Program-made: the position numbers and the translations under genes
Assembly: GCA_030429365.1 (NCBI GenBank)
Contig: JAUIEW010000002.1
Coordinates: forward strand, 1 to 63,170
Direction: 5' to 3'
DNA: 63,170 nucleotides
Source: Phycisphaerae bacterium
GTDB lineage: Bacteria > Planctomycetota > Phycisphaerae > UBA1845
The notes under the pieces: model-generated
Told to the model about the DNA's origin: nothing
Database searches by the model: none
The model's input: only the letters and a program-made list of their open reading frames with translations
Shown here: in pieces, positions 47,259 through 55,220 of the stretch
Numbering within the stretch: position 1 is the first letter of the stretch
Layout: every line of letters begins with the position of its first letter

Positions 47259-47297
47259 GGGAGGCGCATTCAAACCGCGCCTCCCTTTCTTGTTTTT
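47259..47297 (+). terminator. Rho-independent terminator
   Basis: gggaggcgc-attcaaacc-gcgcctccc followed by tttcttgttttt. Confidence 0.8.
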
Positions 47298-47386
47298 ACT
47301 TCAGCGCACAGACGATCGTCCGGATGCAACTTGGGCTTTGATTCTGCTAAAGGACTTTGATCGAATCAGGTGACATTCGAAGTGAA

Positions 47387-47460
47387 AGGCTGCGGTCGGA
47401 TTCGAACCGACGAATAACGGATTTGCAATCCGCCCCCTTAGTCCACTTGGGCACGCAGCC
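47387..47460 (-). tRNA. tRNA-Cys (GCA)
   Basis: The reverse strand reads GGCTGCG..CGGAT-TTGCAAA-ATCCG..GTCGG-TTCGAAT-CCGAC-CGCAGCC-T. It has a 7-bp acceptor stem, anticodon GCA, a T-loop TTCGAAT and discriminator U. CCA is not encoded. Confidence 0.9.
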
Positions 47461-47639
47461 GGCTGGGCGCTCGCGAAGATCGCCCTGCAGAATCGCCCAG
47501 TATATCGGTCCGAAATCGTGGAGCAAGACGCCCGTTTGTGCGAAGATTTCAGCGATCTTCGGCCAATTCTCGCGCGCAAGGACGCCAGAAATCGCATCCG
47601 TCTGAAACGACCATGGATGATTGGTTTGGGTTTTGTTGA

Positions 47640-48470
47640 CTAACCGCGGGCCGGGCGGCCATTGGCCTTCACGCTGGCGCCGCTTGTCCGAGGTGCTGCA
47701 CGACCCGACTTGTCATTGGATCGGCCGTTCGTCTTCTCGCCATTCTCGTCGACAACAGCCGACGGGCGAACGAGCGATGCGTACATGCCATTGCGAAGTG
47801 AGACTTGCCCGATGCGAACCCTGGGGTAACGAATCGGCCGTGGCAGTTGATTGGCGACAAACTGATCCACCGTCGTCAGTTCAATTCCCTTTGCGTCCAT
47901 CAAACGCAAAGCCTGCTCCGCATCCGACGCACACCAACTACCGCATGCATCGACGACAACGGTCACATGTTTATGCCGGGCAAGCAAACCGAGCGCAATC
48001 GACTTGACCGATCCTTCTATGCCCAAACCGTAGACGACATAGTTCGTCGCCGGCAAGCTGCTGATGAAACGGTCGGCTTTGGGGTTTGCAAGAAAATCGG
48101 TGGTGCGTTTTCGGAAAATGACCTGCTGATGATTTCGAAACAGATCGATCGGAACGACAAGTGTGTTATCGCCCTCAACTTTGACGTAGCTGCCAAACAA
48201 GGTGAAGTCGATCTTTTGTTGGCCAGGGGTGCCATCAATGCAGTGGGCGGGCAGACGCGTAAAACGAACTTCGCGATCGCGATGACAATCAACCGAAGAG
48301 ATGACTGGGGCGTGATTCCGCTTCGCCCATGCCACCATGCGCCGAAGCGATCGAACGAGTTCTTCGCGTCCATCAACTGGACACGCGCCATCCGCCCGCA
48401 GAAAATCGTTCTGCGTGTTGACGTCCATCAACACACAAGGCAATTGACGCCCTTTGACATTTGATCCCAT
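47640..48470 (-). CDS. isochorismatase-family (nicotinamidase-like) hydrolase homolog with C-terminal basic extension
   Basis: LMDVNTQNDF carries the Asp and FRKRTTDF the Lys. VVYGLGIEGSVKSIALG has Ser where the family nucleophile Cys is expected. Confidence 0.6.
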   Translation of the reverse strand: MGSNVKGRQLPCVLMDVNTQNDFLRADGACPVDGREELVRSLRRMVAWAKRNHAPVISSVDCHRDREVRFTRLPAHCIDGTPGQQKIDFTLFGSYVKVEGDNTLVVPIDLFRNHQQVIFRKRTTDFLANPKADRFISSLPATNYVVYGLGIEGSVKSIALGLLARHKHVTVVVDACGSWCASDAEQALRLMDAKGIELTTVDQFVANQLPRPIRYPRVRIGQVSLRNGMYASLVRPSAVVDENGEKTNGRSNDKSGRAAPRTSGASVKANGRPARG

Positions 48471-48666
48471 ACCCCAGTTCCCCTACTCGCGTAAATTGCC
48501 TGAATTCGCGAAGAGCCAAACGAGGCGGCAGAGATACGAGAGGATTGAAGCCCAACTTGAGCATCGATGTGGTGGGAGCTTCTTCCCCACGGCTATCCCC
48601 CCGGACAGCCGTCCTGACGCTTCTTCCACCCGTATGATAACCACGGATTGGGCCGAGGCAAATGGC

Positions 48667-48722
48667 AATCACAAATGATTACAACCTCTTTTATCACATG
48701 ATATTAACACTATTATCACATG
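48667..48722. promoter_or_regulatory. operator-like AT-rich repeats upstream of the isochorismatase-like gene
   Basis: aatca-caaa-tgatt (48667-48680). ttatcacatg occurs twice (48691-48700 and 48713-48722), 22 bp apart. The first copy is embedded in the inverted repeat tatca-ca-tgata. Confidence 0.3.
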
Positions 48723-48882
48723 TTATGGGAACTGCCCGAACAGCGCGATTGAGCCTGCGGACAACTCGGTCGAAACGGCGTAATGCACAGCCGCAAGCGA
48801 GTCGTTGGACCGTCGTTGAGATGCTGATTGTGCCCCGCGGAAACTGGTGTGAATCAGCCCAAACTGTGATTGTGGGGTGGGG

Positions 48883-51540
48883 TCAGACGTCGAGATTCTG
48901 CGCGTTGATCGCGTTCTCTTCGATGAAGCGGCGACGCTCTTCGACGCTGTCACCCATCAGCACGTGGAACATGCGATCGGCTTCCTGTGCATCGAGTGCC
49001 AACTGCTCGGCATCGTCGGGATCATCGGTGATGGTCACGCGGCGCAGCGTTCGCTTGGAACGATCCATGGTGGTTTCCCACAGTTCCTCCGCGTTCATTT
49101 CGCCGAGACCTTTGAAGCGCTTGAGCGTAATGCCGCTGCCGCCCAGACGGCGAACGCCAGCCAACACGTCGGCGAGATTGTCGAGTTCGTTGGGAGCATG
49201 TTCCCCCTGCCTCAACAAGTATCTCGCGGGCGTCAGTTCACCGGTGACCAATTGCTCGCGGGCCGCGAAGTAATCTTCGATATCGACCTGCATATCCTTC
49301 AAGCGCTTAATCAGCGAATCGAGCACACGACACTCCGACAACTCGTGGCGAACGATGTAGGTGTCTGAAAGTGCATCGCCTTCTTCGTCGCCATTGTTCG
49401 AACGGGCAACAGCCATATGCCGCGCTTCGATCAGATCAACGCGTTCAACTTTTTGCGCCAGATCGTTGCGATAGGCGGTCAAGGCGGCTTCATCGTGGAA
49501 GAAGCGCCGCTCCGCAACCGCATCATCTTCGCTATGAATTTCGGCGAAAATCGTGGGAAGTTGGCCGGCTTCGCCGCGATGATTCTGAACGATCGATTTG
49601 AAATCGATGCCGCGCCGCTCGAGGAACTGACGGTGCTGGTCGATTCCATCCAAAATTTCAAGCAGTTTGCGCAGTTCGTCGCCCTGAATCTCGCGATCCG
49701 CAGCATTCCCGCCCGAGATATCGCGAATCAGCAGCGTTGTTTCATCCAGGCCAAGATCGGTGAGCATGCCATTCATCACCGACTCGTTGAGAACGTACTG
49801 CTCCTTCTTACCGCGCTTCAGCAGATAGAGCGGCGGCTGAGCGATGTACACGCGCCCTTCTTCAATCAAAGGCCGCATGTGCCGGAACAGGAACGTCAAC
49901 AGCAGCGTGCGAATGTGGCTGCCGTCAACGTCGGCGTCCGTCATGATGATCAGCTTGTCGTAACGCCGTTTGGCCACGTCGAATTCATCTTTGCCGATAC
50001 CGCAGCCCATCGCCTTGATGATGTGCGCGATCTCGTCGTGCGACAGCATCTTGTCGATGCGCGCCTTTTCGACGTTTAAGATTTTACCCTTGAGCGGCAG
50101 GATCGCCTGCGTTCGCGAATCGCGCCCCTGCTTGGCGCTGCCGCCAGCTGAATCACCTTCGACGAGATAAATCTCGGTGCCTTCCGCACTCTTTGAGCTG
50201 CAATCCCAGAGCTTTCCGGGCAATCCGCCCGTGCTCATCACACTCTTGCGGGCAAGGCCGCGGGCCTTCCGCGCGGCTTCTCGTGCCTGCGCTGCATTCA
50301 CCCCGCGCTGCACGATTTTCTTCGCGTCGGCTGGGTTCTCTTCGAGGAAGTTGCGAAGCTGCTCGTTAACCGTCTGCTGCACAAACGTCTCGACTTCCGG
50401 ATTGAGCAAACGCACCTTGGTCTGCGATTCGAACTGCGGATTTGGCACTTTCACACTGATGACAGCCGTCAAGCCTTCGCGCCAATCGTCGCCCGACGGA
50501 ATCACTGAACCCTTCACCAGGTTGTTCTTTTTCGCGTAGTTGTTGGCCACGCGCGTCAGCGCACTCTTGAACGCCGACATATGCATGCCGCCGTCGATGT
50601 TCTTGATGTTGTTGGCAAACGCGAGAATGTTCTCGGTGTAGCTGTCGGAATATTGCAACGCAATATCACACGCCAGGCCCTGCTTGGGGTCTTCGGCTTT
50701 CAGCTTGATCACGTCGCGGTGGATCGGTTCAGCCCCACCAGCCAGGTGCGAAACAAACTGTTTGATGCCGTCGTCAAAACAGAACGACATCTCCTTGCCC
50801 GACGTTTCATCCAAGACCTCGATGCTGAGGCCTTCGTTCAGATACGCCAACTCGCGAAGCCGCACACCCAGCGTATCGAGCTTGAACACAATCTCAGGGA
50901 AAATCTGCGGATCTGGCGCAAACTCGATGCGCGTCCCGCTCTTGGACGTCTCGCCAACCACCGAAAGTTCGCGGGTGACGTCGCCGCGCTCGAAACGCAT
51001 CGAATGGACCTTCCCGTCACGTTCAACGGTGACTTCCATCCACTCGGCCAGCGCGTTCACCACACTGACGCCGACGCCATGCAATCCACCCGAAACCTTG
51101 TACGCACTTTGGTCGAACTTACCGCCCGAGTGCAGCACGGTCATCACCACCTCAAGCGCCGGCTTGCCGTTGAGCGCCGGGTTGGCGTTGTTTTTCATCG
51201 GACCGACGGGAATGCCGCGGCCATTGTCAACGACGGTGCAACTGCCATCGGCGTTGAGCTTCACAAGGATCTTCGTGCAGTACCCAGCCATCGCTTCGTC
51301 GATCGCATTGTCGACGAGTTCATAAATCAAATGGTGAAGACCGTTCGTCCCGGTACCGCCAATGTACATCGCGGGGCGTTTGCGGACGGCTGCCAGCCCC
51401 TCCAGCACCGTGATCTGACTTTCGTCATAGTCAGCCGCCTTCCCCTTCGCCGGCGGGTTTGCCGCATCAGTCGGCGCAGGGTCGCTGGATGGAACCGAAG
51501 TCGTCTCGATCGGGCCTGGATGTTTCGCTGCTTCACTCAT
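48883..51540 (-). CDS. gyrB: DNA gyrase subunit B
   Basis: GHKL N-terminus LEGLAAVRKRPAMYIGG...LVYELVDNAIDE, Toprim EIYLVEGDSAGGSAKQGRD and C-terminal KGLGEMN. A ~170-aa proteobacterial-type insert is present. I prefer the start at ATG 51540. The track's TTG at 51627 would give a TTGA overlap with the DUF721 gene. Confidence 0.95.
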   Translation of the reverse strand: MSEAAKHPGPIETTSVPSSDPAPTDAANPPAKGKAADYDESQITVLEGLAAVRKRPAMYIGGTGTNGLHHLIYELVDNAIDEAMAGYCTKILVKLNADGSCTVVDNGRGIPVGPMKNNANPALNGKPALEVVMTVLHSGGKFDQSAYKVSGGLHGVGVSVVNALAEWMEVTVERDGKVHSMRFERGDVTRELSVVGETSKSGTRIEFAPDPQIFPEIVFKLDTLGVRLRELAYLNEGLSIEVLDETSGKEMSFCFDDGIKQFVSHLAGGAEPIHRDVIKLKAEDPKQGLACDIALQYSDSYTENILAFANNIKNIDGGMHMSAFKSALTRVANNYAKKNNLVKGSVIPSGDDWREGLTAVISVKVPNPQFESQTKVRLLNPEVETFVQQTVNEQLRNFLEENPADAKKIVQRGVNAAQAREAARKARGLARKSVMSTGGLPGKLWDCSSKSAEGTEIYLVEGDSAGGSAKQGRDSRTQAILPLKGKILNVEKARIDKMLSHDEIAHIIKAMGCGIGKDEFDVAKRRYDKLIIMTDADVDGSHIRTLLLTFLFRHMRPLIEEGRVYIAQPPLYLLKRGKKEQYVLNESVMNGMLTDLGLDETTLLIRDISGGNAADREIQGDELRKLLEILDGIDQHRQFLERRGIDFKSIVQNHRGEAGQLPTIFAEIHSEDDAVAERRFFHDEAALTAYRNDLAQKVERVDLIEARHMAVARSNNGDEEGDALSDTYIVRHELSECRVLDSLIKRLKDMQVDIEDYFAAREQLVTGELTPARYLLRQGEHAPNELDNLADVLAGVRRLGGSGITLKRFKGLGEMNAEELWETTMDRSKRTLRRVTITDDPDDAEQLALDAQEADRMFHVLMGDSVEERRRFIEENAINAQNLDV

Positions 51541-51623
51541 CGTTTGTTCAGTATCGCTACCGCTGGAAATCGTTGCATTGCCGTACGTGACACCTGCCGT
51601 ACAGGATATCTGGCGTACGAATC

Positions 51624-52025
51624 TCAATCAGGAATGGTCGTCTGGAACGTCGCCCCATCCGTCCCCAACTCGAACCGAATTCGCCGGATCAACGTTCCCC
51701 GACACACCCGTTCGAGATGCTCGCGAAGCTGCAAATGCCACTTCGTTCGAATGACGCTATGATACCGCGCATCGGCTGGATTCACCAATATAACCACGCT
51801 GCCAGCCGACATTCCCCCATAACGGCAGTACCGCCGAAATTCGTCGTCCACGACGGCTGATATCGCCTCAAAAACCGCCACTTCATGTGACGCCGTTCGG
51901 CCCACGTCAGCCGACATCTTCGCCGCCAACGAACCGATCGATTTTGTGCGCGTTCGCGTCTGCCGATTGGCGTGACACCAGTGCAACTGACTGGGGGAAA
52001 TGTCGTCTCTGGGTTGTTCAGCCAA
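51624..52025 (-). CDS. DUF721 (DciA-like) protein
   Basis: 133 aa lying between dnaN and gyrB, which is the usual DUF721 position. The segment GSVVILVNPADARYHSVIRTKWHLQLREHLERV resembles DUF721 core. Confidence 0.65.
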   Translation of the reverse strand: MAEQPRDDISPSQLHWCHANRQTRTRTKSIGSLAAKMSADVGRTASHEVAVFEAISAVVDDEFRRYCRYGGMSAGSVVILVNPADARYHSVIRTKWHLQLREHLERVCRGTLIRRIRFELGTDGATFQTTIPD

Positions 52026-52057
52026 GGGTCAAATCCCGGCCCAAAACCACATCCGGT

Positions 52058-53155
52058 TTAGGACAGGTTCACGGGCATCACGACGTACAAATTGCCCTCG
52101 TCACCACGCAGCACGCCCGGACGATTCGATTCACTCATCTCAAATCGAACTTCCTCAGCCGAAATCGCCCGCAGCGCTTCGACCAGGAACGTCGGGTTGA
52201 ATCCGATCTCCATATCCGCGCCGGCATATTCGATCGGAATCTCAATCGTCGATTCCCCCTGGGTCGGGGCTCGACTGGTCAGCTTCAAATGGTCGGCAAA
52301 GAATGCCATCCGCACGCCCTTCGACTCTTCGTTGGTCAAAAGCGCCGAACGCTTCACCGCGCTGAGCAGGTCGGCTGTCTTCATCGTCGCGACCCGGTCC
52401 CCCTTCGCCGGAATCACGTCCTGGTACTTCGGGAACTGCCCTTCGACCAGACTCGTGCTGATTGTCGCCTTCGCAGTCTTGAACACCAACTGGTTGCCCG
52501 TTGCTTTGATCGCCACGGTGGAGTCAGCCGGTCCGAGCACGCGCTGGAAGATCCCCATCGTCTTGACCGGAACGATGTTCTCCAGATTGCCGCCGTCTGC
52601 CGACTCCAACTTGCCTTTGGCCTGCGACAGCCGCCGACCATCGGTCGCCACCATCACGAGTTCCTTGCCCTTGCGATCCCAGAGCACACCGTTGATGGCG
52701 TAGCGCGTGTTCTCGCGGGCAGCCGCCAGGACCGTCCATTCCGACATGCGGCGAAGCAAACCGGCATCGACGGTCAGGTCGGGCTTACCCGATAGCTCGG
52801 CAGTGGGCGGGAACTCTGCTGCCGGCTTGGTGTAGATCTGATAGTGGGCACCCGTTCCACGAACGTGGCAGATGCTGTCGTCCGAGCTGAACTCAAGAAC
52901 CTCGTCCGTCGATTCGCGCACGATCTGCGTCAGCTTGTCGGCGGCGACCACGACGGGCCCGGTTTCATCGACTTCGACCTGCGCGACGGTATAGCGGATA
53001 CCGATCTCCAGGTTGGTCGCGATGAGCACGCAGTGATCCTTGTGTGCTTCGATCATGGTGCATTCGAGAATCTCTTTCGGAGTGCGTGATGCTGCCACCG
53101 ATCCGACTGCGACCAATGCTTCGGCAAGTTCCTGCCGGTTCATTCGGACTTTCAT
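52058..53155 (-). CDS. dnaN: DNA polymerase III beta sliding clamp
   Basis: 365 aa with a three-domain clamp pattern. It runs from MKVRMNRQELAEAL to the C-terminal YVVMPVNLS. Confidence 0.92.
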   Translation of the reverse strand: MKVRMNRQELAEALVAVGSVAASRTPKEILECTMIEAHKDHCVLIATNLEIGIRYTVAQVEVDETGPVVVAADKLTQIVRESTDEVLEFSSDDSICHVRGTGAHYQIYTKPAAEFPPTAELSGKPDLTVDAGLLRRMSEWTVLAAARENTRYAINGVLWDRKGKELVMVATDGRRLSQAKGKLESADGGNLENIVPVKTMGIFQRVLGPADSTVAIKATGNQLVFKTAKATISTSLVEGQFPKYQDVIPAKGDRVATMKTADLLSAVKRSALLTNEESKGVRMAFFADHLKLTSRAPTQGESTIEIPIEYAGADMEIGFNPTFLVEALRAISAEEVRFEMSESNRPGVLRGDEGNLYVVMPVNLS

Positions 53156-53520
53156 GAACGTTGACCTTTTGTTGTAAACTTCTTTAGGGGTTTAGTGTGT
53201 TAGTCTAATCTATAAAAAACTTCTTATTACTATGCCCTGTTACAAACGCGGCATTTGTTCGTGCGATATGGGTAAGCTTTTGCTTGACCATATCTTAAGC
53301 GAAATTCGCGGGCCAACCAACACGTGGATAACCTGTCAGTCCCAGCGTTGGCAGCTTCGGCTTCACTCACTGGCGACTCGAAACTGTCCACACACCTGTG
53401 GAAACCTGTGAGTCACTGGCCATTCATTCACTGCGTAACTGACAGCTGGCATTGGCATTGGTGATATCTCAAACACCGTTGTGCACAAGGGCGAATCGCC
53501 GCGCATCTACCGCATCCATA
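53156..53520. promoter_or_regulatory. candidate oriC (AT-rich unwinding element plus DnaA-box-like 9-mers)
   Basis: An AT-rich tract spans about 53166-53250. Box-like sites are cgtggataa (53323-53331, 8/9 to TGTGGATAA), ctgtccaca (53384-53392, 7/9 to TTATCCACA) and tgtggaaac (53398-53406, 7/9). Confidence 0.55.
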
Positions 53521-54852
53521 TTAGCTTATGCCGTTTTGCTGAGCCCGCAGTGCCGCCCGCAGGTTTTCGACCGAACGGCGCACCTTGGCGTCGGTGTCGA
53601 TCATTTTCTTGATCGTTCGATTCGCGTGCAGCACCGTCGAGTGGTCGCGGCCGCCAAAATATCCGCCCACTTCCTCAAGGCTGTGCTCCGTCAGTTCCCT
53701 GGCCAGATACATACAAACCTGTCGTGGATGGCTGATCGACTTCGGACGCTTCTTGCTCTGCAAGTCTTTGACCCGCACCCCGAAGTGACGCGTGACCACG
53801 TCGATGATCTGCTGAATCGAAATCGCGGAAGCCTCAGCTTCATCCGCCAGCGCCCGCCGCGCAAGGTCCATATCGATCGTACCGTCAGACGCCTGGCTCA
53901 TCGCATCCAGTCGCAGCAGCGCGCCTTCAAGATCGCGAATGTTCGTGTGGATGTTGGTCGCGACATATTCAATGACGTCTTCCGGCACCTCGATGCAGCG
54001 GAGGCGCGACTTCTTGCGGAGGATGGCCATCCTCGTTTCCATGCATGGCGCATCGATCGAAGCCACCAGCCCTGACTTGAAGCGACTCACCAACCGATTC
54101 TCAAGCGTCGGAATCTCCGATGGCGAGCAGTCAGCCGACAACACGATCTGCTTCTGCGACTGATGCAGCGTATTGAACGTGTGGAAGAACTCTTCCTGGC
54201 TGCGCTCGCGGGCGCCGAGGAACTGAATGTCATCGATGACCAGGAGATCAACGTGGCGGTAGTGAAAACGAAACTGATTCATCGCGCCGCGCTCGACTGC
54301 TTCGATGAAGTGATTCGCAAATGTCTCACATGAAATATAGAGCGTGGTCGGACACGTCCCGAGTCGCCGTGTTTCGTGGCAAATCGCTTGAAGCAAGTGC
54401 GTCTTACCCAGACCCACATCGCCATGGATGAAAAGTGGGTTGTAAACCTGCCCCGGGTTCTCAGCCGCGGCGACTGCCGCAGCATGCGCCATCCGGTTGC
54501 CGGCTCCCACGACGAAATTGTCGAACACATAATCGTCGTTAAGTTGGAGCTGGTTGTTTTCAGAAATCGAAAGCGGGTAGCCTTCGTCGTCGGCGATCTC
54601 GTTGGGGGCGTCGGTCTCGAAGGTTGTCGTGACCAGTTGCTCGAGAACACCCTGGGCGGCTTCGATAAACGCGGGCCGACACTCGTCATCGAGATACCGA
54701 ACCTGCTTGAGATTCCCCGCGCGAATGCGCAGAACGCCCCCCGACAGATCGATTGGTTTGAGTGTGCTGAACCAGCCGCGAATCAGGGCTGGATGCAGCG
54801 CCCGGATCCGGTCCAGAATGCTTTTCCACTCAGGTGCAGCAATTGAAGACAT
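53521..54852 (-). CDS. dnaA: chromosomal replication initiator protein DnaA
   Basis: Walker A GDVGLGKTHLL, LLVIDDIQFL, and the C-terminal domain IV SHPRQVCMYLARELTEHSLEEVGGYFGGRDHSTVLHA. Confidence 0.96.
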   Translation of the reverse strand: MSSIAAPEWKSILDRIRALHPALIRGWFSTLKPIDLSGGVLRIRAGNLKQVRYLDDECRPAFIEAAQGVLEQLVTTTFETDAPNEIADDEGYPLSISENNQLQLNDDYVFDNFVVGAGNRMAHAAAVAAAENPGQVYNPLFIHGDVGLGKTHLLQAICHETRRLGTCPTTLYISCETFANHFIEAVERGAMNQFRFHYRHVDLLVIDDIQFLGARERSQEEFFHTFNTLHQSQKQIVLSADCSPSEIPTLENRLVSRFKSGLVASIDAPCMETRMAILRKKSRLRCIEVPEDVIEYVATNIHTNIRDLEGALLRLDAMSQASDGTIDMDLARRALADEAEASAISIQQIIDVVTRHFGVRVKDLQSKKRPKSISHPRQVCMYLARELTEHSLEEVGGYFGGRDHSTVLHANRTIKKMIDTDAKVRRSVENLRAALRAQQNGIS

Positions 54853-55220
54853 GCAAATATCCAGAAAACGAATCGAGCGGGTTTCCGCGAATTCGTTATG
54901 ATGCTGATGAATCGTGTGCGATTAAACGTAAAGCTTTATAATAATTGCAGTTATGAATGATTGACCGCGCCGGCGGCCAAGCGGTTATTCTACACGAACC
55001 GTGTGGAAAAACCAGTGTGAAATGTCGCCAATCAACACGTTTTGCGGCGTGGTTCCGAAGCTTTTGTCCACAAAACGCTTACGACGCCATGGGGTGTTTT
55101 CGTGCATCAGTGACGCCAACTTTTGTGCGCATCGACATGCTGTTATCTTTGCATCTTCGACGTTAGGATAAGCCCCACAACGAAACACCTCAAATCGATT
55201 CAAACCGAATCGCTCGAGGC
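54853..55220. promoter_or_regulatory. dnaA / top6B divergent control region with DnaA-box-like sites
   Basis: An AT-rich stretch spans 54921-54960. tgtggaaaa (55002-55010) and ttgtccaca (55064-55072) are each 8/9 matches to the DnaA box. Confidence 0.5.

Noticed and set aside
42261-47460. Possibility that tRNA-Cys marks the integration site of a genomic island covering the TPR, Ntn-hydrolase and multiheme cytochrome genes
   Set aside because: I could find no integrase and no direct repeat of the tRNA 3' end. Only the 1-kb TPR segment is compositionally deviant, and the cytochrome and hydrolase genes have host-like GC.
50581-51762. 393-aa plus-strand ORF antisense to gyrB and the DUF721 gene. 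Similar long antisense ORFs lie at 2951..3913, 37425..38351, 40950..41753, 45557..46504 and 61269..62195.
   Set aside because: All of them overlap strongly supported genes on the other strand and have the Arg-rich composition of high-GC antisense frames.
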